Made by a program: the position numbers and the translations under genes
NCBI GenBank assembly: GCA_015055945.1
Contig: SVHH01000005.1
Coordinates: 40,336 to 104,335 of the forward strand
Direction: 5' to 3'
DNA length: 64,000 bases
Source of the DNA: Clostridiales bacterium
GTDB taxonomy: Bacteria; Bacillota; Clostridia; Christensenellales; Borkfalkiaceae
The notes under the pieces: model-generated
Told to the model about the DNA's origin: nothing
What the model saw: only the letters and a program-made list of their open reading frames with translations
The model's database searches: none
Part shown: piece after piece, positions 1 through 9,748 of the stretch
How the letters are laid out: the number at the start of each line of letters is the position of its first letter
Numbering within the stretch: position 1 is the first letter of the stretch

Positions 1-106
1 CAGGGATATGACATCCAAGTCTGTACACAAACAACAAGGCAATAGTAATAAGAATTTTATTTCTTACTTCTTTGATTTTGAACGCATTTACTATTGTCTG
101 AAACAT
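1..106 (-). CDS. secY: Preprotein translocase SecY, N-terminal fragment (runs off window)
   Basis: Minus-strand ATG at 106-104 sits behind a GGGAGGG SD. Translation MFQTIVNAFKIKEVRNKILITIALLFVYRLGCHIP looks like a SecY N-terminus and follows rplO as in spc operons. Confidence 0.75.
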   Translation of the reverse strand, partial: MFQTIVNAFKIKEVRNKILITIALLFVYRLGCHIP

Positions 107-130
107 TTTGCCCTCCCTATTTTAGTGGGT

Positions 131-577
131 TTAGATTTGTTCTGCAGTACCGCCAGCCTTTTCAATTGCTTCTTTAGCTGAAGCTGAGAAGCTTGCTGCT
201 TTAACAGTCAATGCTTTGGTCAAGCTACCGTTGCCCAAAACTTTCAAACCGATGCTGCCTTTAAGAACTTTGATAAGTCCTTTTTCACCGAGCATTTGCA
301 TATCAACTACAGAGTTTGCTTCCAAACCTTCCAAAACAGAAAGGTTTACGATACTATATACTTTCTTAAAATGGTTATTGAAGCCACGTTTCGGAACACG
401 TCTGATTAAAGGCATTTGACCACCTTCAAATCCAGGACGAACGCCACCGCCGCTTCTTGCCCATTGACCTTTATGTCCTTTACCACTGGTTTTGCCGAGA
501 CCTGAACCAATACCTCTGCCGAGTCTTTTCTTGGTAGTAACGGCGCCCATAGCGGGACTTAATTCACCTAATCTCAT
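131..577 (-). CDS. rplO: 50S ribosomal protein uL15
   Basis: Translation recognisable as L15 (Gly/Lys-rich N-terminus). Fits conserved spc operon order. Confidence 0.96.
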   Translation of the reverse strand: MRLGELSPAMGAVTTKKRLGRGIGSGLGKTSGKGHKGQWARSGGGVRPGFEGGQMPLIRRVPKRGFNNHFKKVYSIVNLSVLEGLEANSVVDMQMLGEKGLIKVLKGSIGLKVLGNGSLTKALTVKAASFSASAKEAIEKAGGTAEQI

Positions 578-606
578 TTTATTACTCCTTAAATTTAGTA
601 ATGAAC

Positions 607-810
607 TTAAATCTTTTCTACTTTCACGAGATACTTAACCTTTGCAATCATACCGAGAATGCAGGGGTTTTCTTCGTGAATACGGAAAGAACGAACCTTT
701 TTAAGTCCTAATGCCGCTACGATTTTCTTGTGTTGCGGCAAGATCGCTATCGTGCTTTTAACAAGCGTAACTTTTATTTTACCGGTTTCAGTCTTTTTTG
801 CCTTTGCCAT
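607..810 (-). CDS. rpmD: 50S ribosomal protein uL30
   Basis: Small basic protein between S5 and L15 with an L30-like sequence. GGAGGG SD upstream. Confidence 0.92.
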   Translation of the reverse strand: MAKAKKTETGKIKVTLVKSTIAILPQHKKIVAALGLKKVRSFRIHEENPCILGMIAKVKYLVKVEKI

Positions 811-823
811 AAAAGTACCCTCC

Positions 824-1345
824 TTAACCGTTAATTTCTTCTACGGACTTACCGCGAATAGCCGCTATTTGTTCAGCGGTTCTGAGGCTCTTTAAGCCTG
901 CAAGTGCTGCCTTAACGCAGTTAATCTTGTTGTTAGTACCGTGTGATTTGGTTCTAATGTTAGTAATACCAACAGCTTCCATAACGGCACGAACGGGACC
1001 GCCTGCGATAACACCGGTACCTTCTTCAGCCGGCATCATAAGAACTTTACCGCTACCAAATTCACCCAATACTTCGTGGGGAATACTGGTTCCGCATAAT
1101 GCTACGGGGAACATGTTCTTTTTAGCTCTTGAGGTTGCCTTATCGATTGCTTCGGGAACTTCGTTAGCTTTACCCATTGCGCAACCAACTTTACCTGCAC
1201 CGTCGCCTACAACAACGAGTGCTGCAAATCTCATATTTCTACCGCCCTTAACAACTTTAGTAACACGGTTTACGCAGATAAGCTTCTTAACTAAACCGTC
1301 GTTTTCTTCTGCCTTTCTGGGCGCTCTGTTATTATCTCTTGCCAT
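824..1345 (-). CDS. rpsE: 30S ribosomal protein uS5
   Basis: S5 sequence ([12 protein letters not shown] motif). Start moved to the internal ATG at 1345 (MARDNN), which has a GGAGAA SD and avoids overlap with rplR. Confidence 0.92.
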   Translation of the reverse strand: MARDNNRAPRKAEENDGLVKKLICVNRVTKVVKGGRNMRFAALVVVGDGAGKVGCAMGKANEVPEAIDKATSRAKKNMFPVALCGTSIPHEVLGEFGSGKVLMMPAEEGTGVIAGGPVRAVMEAVGITNIRTKSHGTNNKINCVKAALAGLKSLRTAEQIAAIRGKSVEEING

Positions 1346-1367
1346 TTTCGTTTTCTCCTTGATTATT

Positions 1368-1736
1368 TTAGAATTCCAAGCCGCCCTTTCTTGCGCCATC
1401 AGCTAAGCTTGCAACGCGTCCGGTGTAAAGATAACCGCCACGGTCAAATACAACCGCTTTGATTTTCTTCGACTTTGCCTTCTTCGCAAGAAGTTCACCA
1501 ACAGCGAACGCTTGCGCCTTCTTGTCTTTGCCTTCAAAAGTACCCTTGAGTTCTTTAGAGAGCGTAGACGCCGTAACCAAGGTGTTTCCTTTAACGTCGT
1601 CTATAATTTGAGCATAAATATGAGTCAAGGTTCTGTAAACTGAAAGTCTGGGAGTTTCCGCACAGCCTTTGATTTTACCTCTGACTCTCTTATGTCTTTT
1701 AAGTCTGTCTTTGTTTTTATTGATTTTACTAATCAT
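1368..1736 (-). CDS. rplR: 50S ribosomal protein uL18
   Basis: L18-like translation, fits operon order, AGGAG SD. Confidence 0.96.
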   Translation of the reverse strand: MISKINKNKDRLKRHKRVRGKIKGCAETPRLSVYRTLTHIYAQIIDDVKGNTLVTASTLSKELKGTFEGKDKKAQAFAVGELLAKKAKSKKIKAVVFDRGGYLYTGRVASLADGARKGGLEF

Positions 1737-1839
1737 AGTTTTAACTCCTATTTAATAACTTTTCGCGCTCTTAACGAAAAGCGCACTCGGCAGACGCGCC
1801 AAAACTTTAAGCGCGTCCACTAAAAGCCCTTTAAATTTA

Positions 1840-2385
1840 TTAACTTTTACCGCCAGCAGCTTTACCAACTTTACGTTCGATAACTTCGTCGCTGTAACGG
1901 ATACCGTATCCATGATAAGGTTCGGGTTCTCTTACGCCTCTAATCATTGCTGCGAATTGACCAACTTTTTCTTTGTCAATACCACTTACGGCAATTTCGG
2001 TTTGTGAAGGACAATCAAGAACGATGCCTTCGATTTCTTCGATTTCAACCGGATGGCTGAAACCTACGTTCATAACAACTTTCTTACCTTGCTTAGCAAC
2101 CTTCCAACCTACACCGTTAACGATAAGGTTTTTCTTAAAGCCTTCAGTTACACCTTTAACCATGTTAGCGCAAAGTGCTCTATAAAGACCGTGTTTTGCT
2201 TTGGTTGTACCTAATTCATTTGCTCTAGTAAGAGTTACTAATGAACCTTCTACGTTTACAGTAATAATGGGATCATAAGCCTGAGTCAAAGTACCTTTAG
2301 GTCCTTTTACGGTAATAATGTTGTCTTTTGCTTCAACAGTTACACCAGCAGGTACATTGATGGGTGCGTTACCTATTCTTGACAT
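1840..2385 (-). CDS. rplF: 50S ribosomal protein uL6
   Basis: L6-like translation. Start taken at ATG 2385 (MSRIGNAPI) behind a GGAGGAAG SD; the longer ORF would overlap rpsH. Confidence 0.93.
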   Translation of the reverse strand: MSRIGNAPINVPAGVTVEAKDNIITVKGPKGTLTQAYDPIITVNVEGSLVTLTRANELGTTKAKHGLYRALCANMVKGVTEGFKKNLIVNGVGWKVAKQGKKVVMNVGFSHPVEIEEIEGIVLDCPSQTEIAVSGIDKEKVGQFAAMIRGVREPEPYHGYGIRYSDEVIERKVGKAAGGKS

Positions 2386-2402
2386 AATCTTACTTCCTCC
2401 TA

Positions 2403-2789
2403 TTACCAAACGTAAGCGAGAACTTCGCCGCCTTGATGAGCAGCCTTCGCTTCCTTACCAGTCATGATACCCTTAGAAGTAGAGAGAATTGCAATACCGA
2501 GACCACCGAGTACTTGGGGAACTTCATCAGTACCAACATATACTCTCAAGCCGGGTTTACTTACTCTCTTAAGACCAGTGATAACCTTTTGGTTACCGTC
2601 GTACTTAAGGGTAATTTTAATAGTCCCTTGAACGCCTTCGATAATTTCTACACCAGAAATGTAACCTTCTTTCAAAAGAATGTTAGCAATAGCTTTCTTA
2701 GTGTTCGAAGCGGGGATTTCAACAGTTTCGTGCTTAGCCATCAGAGCGTTTCTGATTCTAGTAAGCATATCTGCAATAACGTCTGTCAT
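2403..2789 (-). CDS. rpsH: 30S ribosomal protein uS8
   Basis: S8-like translation ([15 protein letters not shown]). Confidence 0.96.
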   Translation of the reverse strand: MTDVIADMLTRIRNALMAKHETVEIPASNTKKAIANILLKEGYISGVEIIEGVQGTIKITLKYDGNQKVITGLKRVSKPGLRVYVGTDEVPQVLGGLGIAILSTSKGIMTGKEAKAAHQGGEVLAYVW

Positions 2790-2804
2790 TTTTCTTATCC
2801 TCCT

Positions 2805-2990
2805 TTACCAACTAGCCTTCTTCACGCCGGGAATTTGACCTTTGTAAGCCAATTCTCTGAAGCAAATACGGCAAATACCGTATTTACGGAGTACAGCGTG
2901 CGGACGACCGCAGATGCTGCATCTGGTGTAGGCTCTGGTGGAAAACTTAGCAGGCTTTTGCTGCTTATTTATCATTGCTTTTTTAGCCAT
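2805..2990 (-). CDS. rpsN: 30S ribosomal protein uS14, zinc-binding type Z (61 aa)
   Basis: 61 aa with CxxC...CxxC (CSICGRP...CRICFRE), typical of S14 type Z. Confidence 0.96.
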   Translation of the reverse strand: MAKKAMINKQQKPAKFSTRAYTRCSICGRPHAVLRKYGICRICFRELAYKGQIPGVKKASW

Positions 2991-3008
2991 TTTTTAACTC
3001 CTTATACC

Positions 3009-3554
3009 TTACTTGTTTGCGAAGGGCATTCCGAGCATTGCGAGCAATTCTCTTGCTTCTTCGTCGGTGTTAGCCGTCGTGGTGATACAGATATCGAATC
3101 CTCTTACACTTTCAACTTGATCGTATGAAATTTCAGGGAAAATCAATTGTTCTTTAACACCCATAGAGTAGTTGCCTCTGCCGTCGAAAGACTTTTTAGA
3201 AACACCACGGAAGTCTCTTACTCTAGGAAGTGCGATTGAAATGAATTTATCGAAGAATTCATACATTCTAGTTCCACGGAGAGTAACCTTCATACCTACG
3301 CTTTGACCTTCTCTAACTTTGAAGTTAGCAACTGATTTCTTAGCTTGGGTTAATACGGGTTTTTGACCTGAAATGAGTTCCAATTCTTTCTGAGCGAGTT
3401 GAATGCTCTTGGAGTTGTCTTTGATAGCGCCTAAACCTGAGTTGATAGTAATCTTAACAAGCTTAGGTACTTGGTTTACGTTCTTATAGTTAAACTTTTT
3501 AACCATTGCGGAGATAACCGTTTGGTCGTACAATTCTTTAATTCTGTTAGCCAT
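3009..3554 (-). CDS. rplE: 50S ribosomal protein uL5
   Basis: L5-like translation, fits operon order. Confidence 0.96.
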   Translation of the reverse strand: MANRIKELYDQTVISAMVKKFNYKNVNQVPKLVKITINSGLGAIKDNSKSIQLAQKELELISGQKPVLTQAKKSVANFKVREGQSVGMKVTLRGTRMYEFFDKFISIALPRVRDFRGVSKKSFDGRGNYSMGVKEQLIFPEISYDQVESVRGFDICITTTANTDEEARELLAMLGMPFANK

Positions 3555-3568
3555 TTGTTGTTACCTCC

Positions 3569-3955
3569 TTATTTTTCTTCAGCGGTTGCTTCCGCTTTCT
3601 TGGTCTTTCTCTTGGTAGCCTTCTTAACTTCTTTTGCTTCCTTAGTAGCATCTAAAACAGCGCCACACTTCTTGCAAATACGAGCCTTCTTATCCCCTTC
3701 AACTTGGTAAGCAACTCTAGTTGCTTTGTTGCATACGGGGCATACTACCATTACGTTTGATGCGTCGATAGGACCTGCTTGGGTTTGAATACCGCTAACG
3801 TCTTGAGCACTACGAGCCTTCTTATGTTTCTTTTGAAGGTTGATGCCGTCAACGATAACTTTGTTTTCTTGGGGGAGAGCGGTGAGAACTTTTGCAGTCT
3901 TTCCCGCATCTTTACCGGTTATAACCAAAACTGTGTCGTTCTTTTTAACTTTCAT
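3569..3955 (-). CDS. rplX: 50S ribosomal protein uL24 (zinc-ribbon form with Lys/Ala-rich C-terminal tail)
   Basis: KOW-type N-terminus (MKVKKNDTVLVITGKDAGK), CPVC...CKKC, 128 aa. Confidence 0.95.
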   Translation of the reverse strand: MKVKKNDTVLVITGKDAGKTAKVLTALPQENKVIVDGINLQKKHKKARSAQDVSGIQTQAGPIDASNVMVVCPVCNKATRVAYQVEGDKKARICKKCGAVLDATKEAKEVKKATKRKTKKAEATAEEK

Positions 3956-3967
3956 AGTTCTTTCTCC

Positions 3968-4336
3968 TTATAACACTTCGGGTGCGAGAGAGATGATACG
4001 CATATAGTCTTTATCTCTCAATTCTCTTGCGATCGGTCCAAAGATACGAGTACCTCTGGGTTGTTTTTGAGTATCAATGATAACTGCTGCGTTTTCATCG
4101 AAACGAACGTAAGTACCGTCCTTTCTTCTAACACCGCTAGTTGATCTAACGATAACTGCCTTAACTACGTCGCCTTTCTTAACTGCGCCACCAGGGGTAG
4201 CAGTCTTAACACTTGCAACGATTACATCACCGATATTACCGGATCTTCTGAATGAGCCGCCTAATACCCTGATGCACATCAATTCTTTTGCGCCAGAGTT
4301 ATCTGCCGCTTTTAATCTAGATTGTGGTTGTATCAT
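3968..4336 (-). CDS. rplN: 50S ribosomal protein uL14
   Basis: [17 protein letters not shown] is a classic L14 N-terminus. Confidence 0.97.
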   Translation of the reverse strand: MIQPQSRLKAADNSGAKELMCIRVLGGSFRRSGNIGDVIVASVKTATPGGAVKKGDVVKAVIVRSTSGVRRKDGTYVRFDENAAVIIDTQKQPRGTRIFGPIARELRDKDYMRIISLAPEVL

Positions 4337-4347
4337 GGTGCGCCTCC

Positions 4348-4602
4348 TTATTTAGCCTTTTCGATGATTTCAACTACGCGCCAGTTCTTGTCTTTTGACA
4401 ATTTTCTGGTTTCCGCAATAAGAACCTTATCGCCTACGCCGCAAGTGTTGTTTTCATCGTGTGCTTTGAATTTGTGAGTTTTCTTAATAGTTTTCTTATA
4501 CAAGGGGTGTTTTGCCCTTTCTTCGATGGCTACGACAACAGTCTTGTCCATCTTATCGGAAACAACTATACCGACTCTTTCTTTTCTTAAATTTCTTTCC
4601 AT
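4348..4602 (-). CDS. rpsQ: 30S ribosomal protein uS17
   Basis: S17-like translation, fits operon order. Confidence 0.96.
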   Translation of the reverse strand: MERNLRKERVGIVVSDKMDKTVVVAIEERAKHPLYKKTIKKTHKFKAHDENNTCGVGDKVLIAETRKLSKDKNWRVVEIIEKAK

Positions 4603-4613
4603 AATCTACACTC

Positions 4614-4814
4614 CTACGCTTCAGCCTTGAGTTCTCTTTCTCTCAAAATGGTCTTGCATTTAGCAATTTCCTTTTTGCAGTTTTTGAGAGCTGCGGGATT
4701 TTCCAACTGACCAATTGCGTGACGGAAGCGAAGGTTAAACAACTCTTCAGAGAGTTCTTTAACTTTAGCATTCAATTCGTCTACTGTTAATTCGTGAAGT
4801 TCTTTCGTTTTCAT
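4614..4814 (-). CDS. rpmC: 50S ribosomal protein uL29
   Basis: L29-like translation, fits operon order. Confidence 0.95.
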   Translation of the reverse strand: MKTKELHELTVDELNAKVKELSEELFNLRFRHAIGQLENPAALKNCKKEIAKCKTILRERELKAEA

Positions 4815-5260
4815 TAACCTTCACCGCCTTCTTCTTTGATTTCTTCCGCTACTACTTCTCTCTTAACAAACTTAGTTTTTACAGGAAGTTTGTGACCAGC
4901 GAGACGCATAGCTTCTTTTGCGATATCTTCGGGAACACCAGCCATTTCGAACAATACTCTGCCCGGTTTAACAACTGCTACCCAGAATTCTACTGAACCT
5001 TTACCGCTACCCATACGGCTGTCGGCAGGTTTCTTAGTTACAGGTTTGTGGGGGAAGATGTCAATCCAAACTTTACCACCACGTTTGATAAATCTAGTCA
5101 TAGCAACACGGGCTGCTTCGATTTGGTTAGATTTGATCCAACCGGGTTCTAAAGCAACTAAACCGTATTCGCCGTAAGCTATCTTATTACCTTTAGTGCA
5201 CTTACCAGTCATTCTGCCACGATGCACTCTTCTTCTTTTAACTCTCTTAGGCATTAACAT
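4814..5260 (-). CDS. rplP: 50S ribosomal protein uL16
   Basis: [10 protein letters not shown] start and L16 body. Confidence 0.96.
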   Translation of the reverse strand: MLMPKRVKRRRVHRGRMTGKCTKGNKIAYGEYGLVALEPGWIKSNQIEAARVAMTRFIKRGGKVWIDIFPHKPVTKKPADSRMGSGKGSVEFWVAVVKPGRVLFEMAGVPEDIAKEAMRLAGHKLPVKTKFVKREVVAEEIKEEGGEG

Positions 5261-5262
5261 AA

Positions 5263-5928
5263 TTAAGCTTCGCCTCCTTCAGTTTTCTTCTTGGGAGCGC
5301 CAATAACTTCACCTTTGTAAATCCAGCATTTGATACCGATTACACCGAAGGTGGTGTGCGCTTCTGCAAAGCCGTAATCAATGTTTGCTCTCAAGGTTTG
5401 AAGGGGAATTGAACCTTCGTGGTAACTTTCGCTACGAGCGATTTCTGCGCCGTCAAGACGACCGCTTACCATTACCTTAACACCTTTGATACCGCTTCTC
5501 ATAGATCTACCGATTGCTTGTTTCATAGCTCTTCTGAAAGATACACGCTTTTCGATTTGAGCTGCGATACCTTCAGCAACGAGTTGAGCATCTGCGTCAG
5601 CTTTCTTAACTTCTGAAATATTAACAGAAATTTGCTTACCAGTGCAGATTTTAGCTACGGTCTTTTTAATTACTTCAATTTCACTACCTTGCTTACCGAT
5701 AAGAACGCCAGGACGTGCAGTATAAATCGTAATAGTGATTTTGGTTGCAGCCTTTTCAATAGCGATCTTAGAGATTGCTGCTTGATAGTATTTTTTCTTT
5801 AATACTTTACGGATTTCATTATCTTCTTTAATGTTAGCAGCAAAATCTTGCTTACCAACGAACCAATGAGAATCCCAATCTTTGATAACTCCGACTCTTA
5901 AGCCGTGCGGATTAACTTTTTGACCCAT
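5263..5928 (-). CDS. rpsC: 30S ribosomal protein uS3
   Basis: [13 protein letters not shown] is a classic S3 N-terminus. Confidence 0.97.
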   Translation of the reverse strand: MGQKVNPHGLRVGVIKDWDSHWFVGKQDFAANIKEDNEIRKVLKKKYYQAAISKIAIEKAATKITITIYTARPGVLIGKQGSEIEVIKKTVAKICTGKQISVNISEVKKADADAQLVAEGIAAQIEKRVSFRRAMKQAIGRSMRSGIKGVKVMVSGRLDGAEIARSESYHEGSIPLQTLRANIDYGFAEAHTTFGVIGIKCWIYKGEVIGAPKKKTEGGEA

Positions 5929-5938
5929 AACGCTCCTC

Positions 5939-6325
5939 CTACGCCTTTGCGTCCAGCACGATAGTGATGTGGCTGGTACGTTTCAAAATTCTGAACGCTC
6001 TACCCTGTGCTCTAGGCATAACCCTTTTGAGCGTGGGACCTTGGTCAGCATAGCAAGCCGCTACGAACAAGTTGTCCTTGTTCATACCGAGGTTGTTTTC
6101 AGCGTTAGCAGCAGCACTCATCAACACCTTTTTAATGGGTTCAGATGAAGACTTGGGGGTGTTTTCCAAGATTGCAACTGCTTGAACATAACTTTTGCCT
6201 CTGATAATATCGAGCACTGCTCTTACCTTGTAAGGAGAGATTCTTACGTGCTTAGCGATCGCTCTGGGGCGTCTGTCTTTATTTTCCGCAATTCTTGCGG
6301 TCTTTTCTCTCATATTTTTAGCCAT
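5939..6325 (-). CDS. rplV: 50S ribosomal protein uL22
   Basis: L22-like translation, fits operon order. Confidence 0.95.
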   Translation of the reverse strand: MAKNMREKTARIAENKDRRPRAIAKHVRISPYKVRAVLDIIRGKSYVQAVAILENTPKSSSEPIKKVLMSAAANAENNLGMNKDNLFVAACYADQGPTLKRVMPRAQGRAFRILKRTSHITIVLDAKA

Positions 6326-6336
6326 TTTTGCGCCTC

Positions 6337-6618
6337 CTATCTACCACCGGTAGATTTTTCAGTACCACCGTGACCCTTAAAGGTTCTAGTCGGTGCGAAT
6401 TCACCGAGCTTATGACCTACCATGTCTTCGGTTACGTATACGGGTACGTGTTTTCTGCCGTCATATACCGCGATGGTATGACCTACCATTTGCGGGAATA
6501 TCGTAGATGATCTTGACCAAGTTTTCAAAACTTTCTTATCGTTCTTTTCGTTTAATTCTTCTACTCTCTTTAAGAGTTTGGGTTCAACGTAAAAACCTTT
6601 TTTAACACTTCTACTCAT
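6337..6618 (-). CDS. rpsS: 30S ribosomal protein uS19
   Basis: [11 protein letters not shown] is an S19 N-terminus. Confidence 0.97.
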   Translation of the reverse strand: MSRSVKKGFYVEPKLLKRVEELNEKNDKKVLKTWSRSSTIFPQMVGHTIAVYDGRKHVPVYVTEDMVGHKLGEFAPTRTFKGHGGTEKSTGGR

Positions 6619-6628
6619 GATGCTCTCC

Positions 6629-7456
6629 TTAATTTATCCTTGTAATGATAAGCTTGTTGGAAGCCTTCTTGTGCTTTCTGGTCTTATAACCGAGAGCAGG
6701 TTTACCCCAAGGAGTAACAGGTCCCGGCATACCAACAGGAGACTTACCTTCACCACCACCGTGGGGGTGATCACACGGGTTCATAACTACACCACGTACA
6801 GAAGGACGAACACCTAAGTGTCTGGTCTTACCTGCTTTACCGATTCTGATAATTTCGTGTTCTAAGTTACCAACCTGACCGATAGTTGCCTTGCATGCTG
6901 CGAGAATGTATCTCATTTCACCACTAGGCATCTTCAAGGTTACGTATTTTTCATCTCTTGCCATGATTTGAGCGCTCATACCAGCTGCTCTAGCAATTTG
7001 GCCACCTTTACCAGGTTGCATTTCGATGTTATGAACCATAGTACCTACGGGGATATCCTTAAGCGCAAGTGCATTACCTGCTTTGATATCAGCGGTAGGA
7101 CCGCTCATAACCTTATCGCCTACTTTAAGACCTACGGGAGCAAGGATATAAGTCTTTGCGCCGTCTGCATAATAAAGAAGTGCGATGTTTGCGCTTCTGT
7201 TAGGATCGTATTCGATGCTCTTAACAGTTGCGGGGATACCGTCTTTCATTCTCTTGAAGTCGATAATACGGTATTTTCTTCTATTACCGCCACCGATGTG
7301 ACGAACGGTGATTTTACCTTGTGAGTTTCTACCACCACTCTTTCTCTGATCTTCGAGAAGAGATTTTTCAGGTTTCTTAGCCGTAATTTCGTCATAAGCG
7401 CTTACAGTCATGAAACGACGAGCTGACGAAGTCGGTTTATATCTCTTAATAGCCAT
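6629..7456 (-). CDS. rplB: 50S ribosomal protein uL2
   Basis: L2 sequence (GGGEGKSP motif region). Confidence 0.97.
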   Translation of the reverse strand: MAIKRYKPTSSARRFMTVSAYDEITAKKPEKSLLEDQRKSGGRNSQGKITVRHIGGGNRRKYRIIDFKRMKDGIPATVKSIEYDPNRSANIALLYYADGAKTYILAPVGLKVGDKVMSGPTADIKAGNALALKDIPVGTMVHNIEMQPGKGGQIARAAGMSAQIMARDEKYVTLKMPSGEMRYILAACKATIGQVGNLEHEIIRIGKAGKTRHLGVRPSVRGVVMNPCDHPHGGGEGKSPVGMPGPVTPWGKPALGYKTRKHKKASNKLIITRIN

Positions 7457-7478
7457 TTAACTTTCCTCCGAGATTTGA

Positions 7479-7769
7479 TTAAGACAATGAATCGAAGAAT
7501 TCAATCGACTTACTGTCTTTCTTAAGTTGAACGATGGCCTTCTTATAATCGGGTGTATAACCTTCATATCTGCCTTGTCTTTTCAACTTACCGCTAACGA
7601 TTGCTGTGTTTACTTTTTCAACGCTTACGCCAAAAATTTCTTCGATAGCGAGTTTGATTTGAGTTTTGTTCGCGTTTTTAGCAACTACGAAACTGTACTT
7701 CTTATCTTGGATCCCTGCATAACTCTTTTCAGAGAGAAGGGGTCTGATTATAATATCATGCGCAGCCAT
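7479..7769 (-). CDS. rplW: 50S ribosomal protein uL23
   Basis: L23-like translation, fits operon order. Confidence 0.95.
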   Translation of the reverse strand: MAAHDIIIRPLLSEKSYAGIQDKKYSFVVAKNANKTQIKLAIEEIFGVSVEKVNTAIVSGKLKRQGRYEGYTPDYKKAIVQLKKDSKSIEFFDSLS

Positions 7770-8395
7770 TATTCTCCGTAAACCTCCTCGATTTGTTGAA
7801 CGGCTTGTTTAGAAACAACGATTTTCGCATTCTTAACAACGTCGTAGGTGTTAAGTTGATTTGCAGCGATGGTTGAAATTGCTTCAATGTTTGCGCTTGC
7901 TCTCAATACTGCTTCGTCATTGTTGTCCATAACTAAAAGCACGGTTTTTTCCAAGTTGAACGCTTTTAAGAATGCAGCCATTTCTTTGGTCTTAGGAGCA
8001 GCAACTTTGATTTCGTCAACGAAGATTACTTCGTCGTCTCTAATCTTTTGTGAAAGTGCTGAGAAAAGTGCTACAGCCTTAGCCTTTGCATTCATCTTCT
8101 TGCTGAAGTCTCTTGACTTAGGAGCGAAAACTACGCCACCCTTAACCCATTGAGGACTTCTGATAGAACCTTGTCTAGCTCTACCGGTACCTTTTTGTCT
8201 CCAAGGCTTTCTACCACCACCGCGAACTTCGCTACGGGTAAGAGTGCTCTTGGTTCCTTGTCTTTCATTAGCAAGTCTTTGTACAACTGCTTGATGAATT
8301 ACTGATTCATTATATTCGGTATTAAACAAAGCGTCGGGTAATTCGAGAGTGCCAACTTCTTTTGCTTTCATATCGTACAATTTAACATTAGCCAT
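7769..8395 (-). CDS. rplD: 50S ribosomal protein uL4
   Basis: L4-like translation ([17 protein letters not shown]). Confidence 0.96.
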   Translation of the reverse strand: MANVKLYDMKAKEVGTLELPDALFNTEYNESVIHQAVVQRLANERQGTKSTLTRSEVRGGGRKPWRQKGTGRARQGSIRSPQWVKGGVVFAPKSRDFSKKMNAKAKAVALFSALSQKIRDDEVIFVDEIKVAAPKTKEMAAFLKAFNLEKTVLLVMDNNDEAVLRASANIEAISTIAANQLNTYDVVKNAKIVVSKQAVQQIEEVYGE

Positions 8396-8407
8396 GATTT
8401 ATTCTCC

Positions 8408-9040
8408 TTACGCTTTAACGCTGTTTCTCAAAGTTACGATGCTCTTAACAGCACCAGGAACTGCACCCTTAACAAGGATTGCATTTCTTTCTTTGTCGAC
8501 TTTTACAACTTCAAGGTTTAATACGGTTACGCTTTCGTTACCATATTGACCAGGCATGTTCTTGCCCTTAAATACTCTTGAAGGATTACTGATTGCACCC
8601 ATAGAACCTACTTCTCTGTGAACAGGACCTACACCGTGGGTTTCTTTCAATCTGTGTTGATTCCATCTCTTAATTACACCAGTGAAACCGTGACCCTTTG
8701 ACACGCCTGATACGTCTACCTTATCACCTGCTTGGAAAACGTCGCAAGTAACAACTTGACCAACAGTCATGCTGTCAGCGCCTTCAAGTTTGAATTCCTT
8801 CAAAACCTTTTGAGCGGGAACACCGATCTTCTTGAACAAACCAGCTTCGGGTTTATTCAAAGTCTTTTCGTCAACTTGGTCGAAACCGAGTTTTACTGAC
8901 GAATAACCGTCTCTTTCCAAAGTTTTAACCTGAACAACGGGACAAGGACCTGCCTCGATAACCGTTACCGGGATAACTTTGCCGTCTGCAGAGAATAATT
9001 GAGTCATGCCCAACTTTCTGCCAATGATTGCTTTATTCAT
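8408..9040 (-). CDS. rplC: 50S ribosomal protein uL3
   Basis: L3-like translation (GKLGMTQ start region). Confidence 0.96.
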   Translation of the reverse strand: MNKAIIGRKLGMTQLFSADGKVIPVTVIEAGPCPVVQVKTLERDGYSSVKLGFDQVDEKTLNKPEAGLFKKIGVPAQKVLKEFKLEGADSMTVGQVVTCDVFQAGDKVDVSGVSKGHGFTGVIKRWNQHRLKETHGVGPVHREVGSMGAISNPSRVFKGKNMPGQYGNESVTVLNLEVVKVDKERNAILVKGAVPGAVKSIVTLRNSVKA

Positions 9041-9081
9041 AGATAAAGTTCACCTCCGATATATTATATAATGTTTATTGA

Positions 9082-9381
9082 TTACAATTTAATTTTGATG
9101 TCTACACCTGCGGGCAAATGAATGCTGTCGAGAAGCTTAACGTTGGGTGAGTAGATATCGATAAGTCTTTTGTGAGTTCTAATTTCGAACTGTTCGCGTG
9201 AATCCTTATACTTATGGGGCGAACGAAGAATCGTAACGATTTCCTTCTCAGTGGGAAGCGGAATAGGACCGCTAATCTTTGCGCCCGATTTTTTCATCGT
9301 TTCAACGATTTTAGCTGCTGCTTGATCGAGCATTTCCGTGTCGTAAGACATAAGCTTAATTCTAATTTTTTGACTTGCCAT
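9082..9381 (-). CDS. rpsJ: 30S ribosomal protein uS10
   Basis: S10 sequence (QKIRIKL...), first gene of the block. Confidence 0.97.
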   Translation of the reverse strand: MASQKIRIKLMSYDTEMLDQAAAKIVETMKKSGAKISGPIPLPTEKEIVTILRSPHKYKDSREQFEIRTHKRLIDIYSPNVKLLDSIHLPAGVDIKIKL

Positions 9382-9448
9382 TTTGTTTCTCCTTTTACCT
9401 AACTTTACTGTGTGCTGTAAACTCTGCCGTGTGTGTCAATTTTAAGTA

Positions 9449-9497
9449 ATAAAAAAATCATTCGCCGATACTTAACTTTTTAAGTCGCTGCGAATGA
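9449..9497 (-). promoter_or_regulatory. Intrinsic-terminator-like attenuator hairpin in the S10 leader
   Basis: In minus sense, an 8-bp stem TCATTCGC/GCGAATGA (9458-9465 / 9490-9497) encloses an ACTTAA/TTAAGT sub-stem. It is followed directly by U7 (9451-9457), about 70 nt before the rpsJ ATG. Confidence 0.55.
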
Positions 9498-9623
9498 CCC
9501 ATACTAATTCTATTGAAGTTAGTCGCAGGGGTCTAGCCCCCACACTTGTCAACGGAAATTATCTATCGTTTTTGGTACGATTTAAGTAACTTCCCGTATC
9601 AACCCAGATTACACAGCCTAACT

Positions 9624-9652
9624 ATTATATAACACCTTTTCAATAATGTCAA
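9624..9652 (-). promoter_or_regulatory. SigA-type promoter of the S10-spc block
   Basis: In minus sense: TTGACA (9652-9647), 17 nt, TATAAT (9629-9624). A-tract UP-like region lies immediately upstream (9653-9705). Confidence 0.8.
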
Positions 9653-9702
9653 ACGTTTTTACTGTGTTTTTTAAGTTTTTTTAAACTTTTTTAATTTTTT
9701 TT

Positions 9703-9738
9703 GAATAACCAGAAAACCTTGTGATTTTCTGGTTATTC
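9703..9738 (-). terminator. Perfect 14-bp stem-loop just after the clpX stop (probable terminator, no U-tract)
   Basis: GAATAACCAGAAAA (9703-9716) pairs with TTTTCTGGTTATTC (9725-9738). In minus sense it is followed by A-runs rather than U-runs. Confidence 0.5.
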
Positions 9739-9748
9739 TGCTGTTTTA

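Noticed and set aside
1752-1820. A 22-codon GTG-initiated ORF (VDALKVLARLPSALFVKSAKSY) in the rplF-rplR spacer, minus strand.
   Set aside because: It has only a weak AAGGG SD-like element and a non-ATG start, and it coincides with the GC-rich helices. It is more likely fortuitous. It is kept only as an alternative reading of that spacer.
927-8549. Numerous plus-strand ORFs of 60-230 aa opposite the ribosomal-protein genes (e.g. 927-1406, 2433-3128, 6968-7324, 7869-8153).
   Set aside because: They lie antisense to unmistakable, highly conserved genes. Their products are low-complexity Ser/Thr/Phe/Leu-rich sequences and they lack SD sequences. The same reasoning applies to antisense ORFs inside clpX, ileS, pgk, gpmI, parC and other genes.
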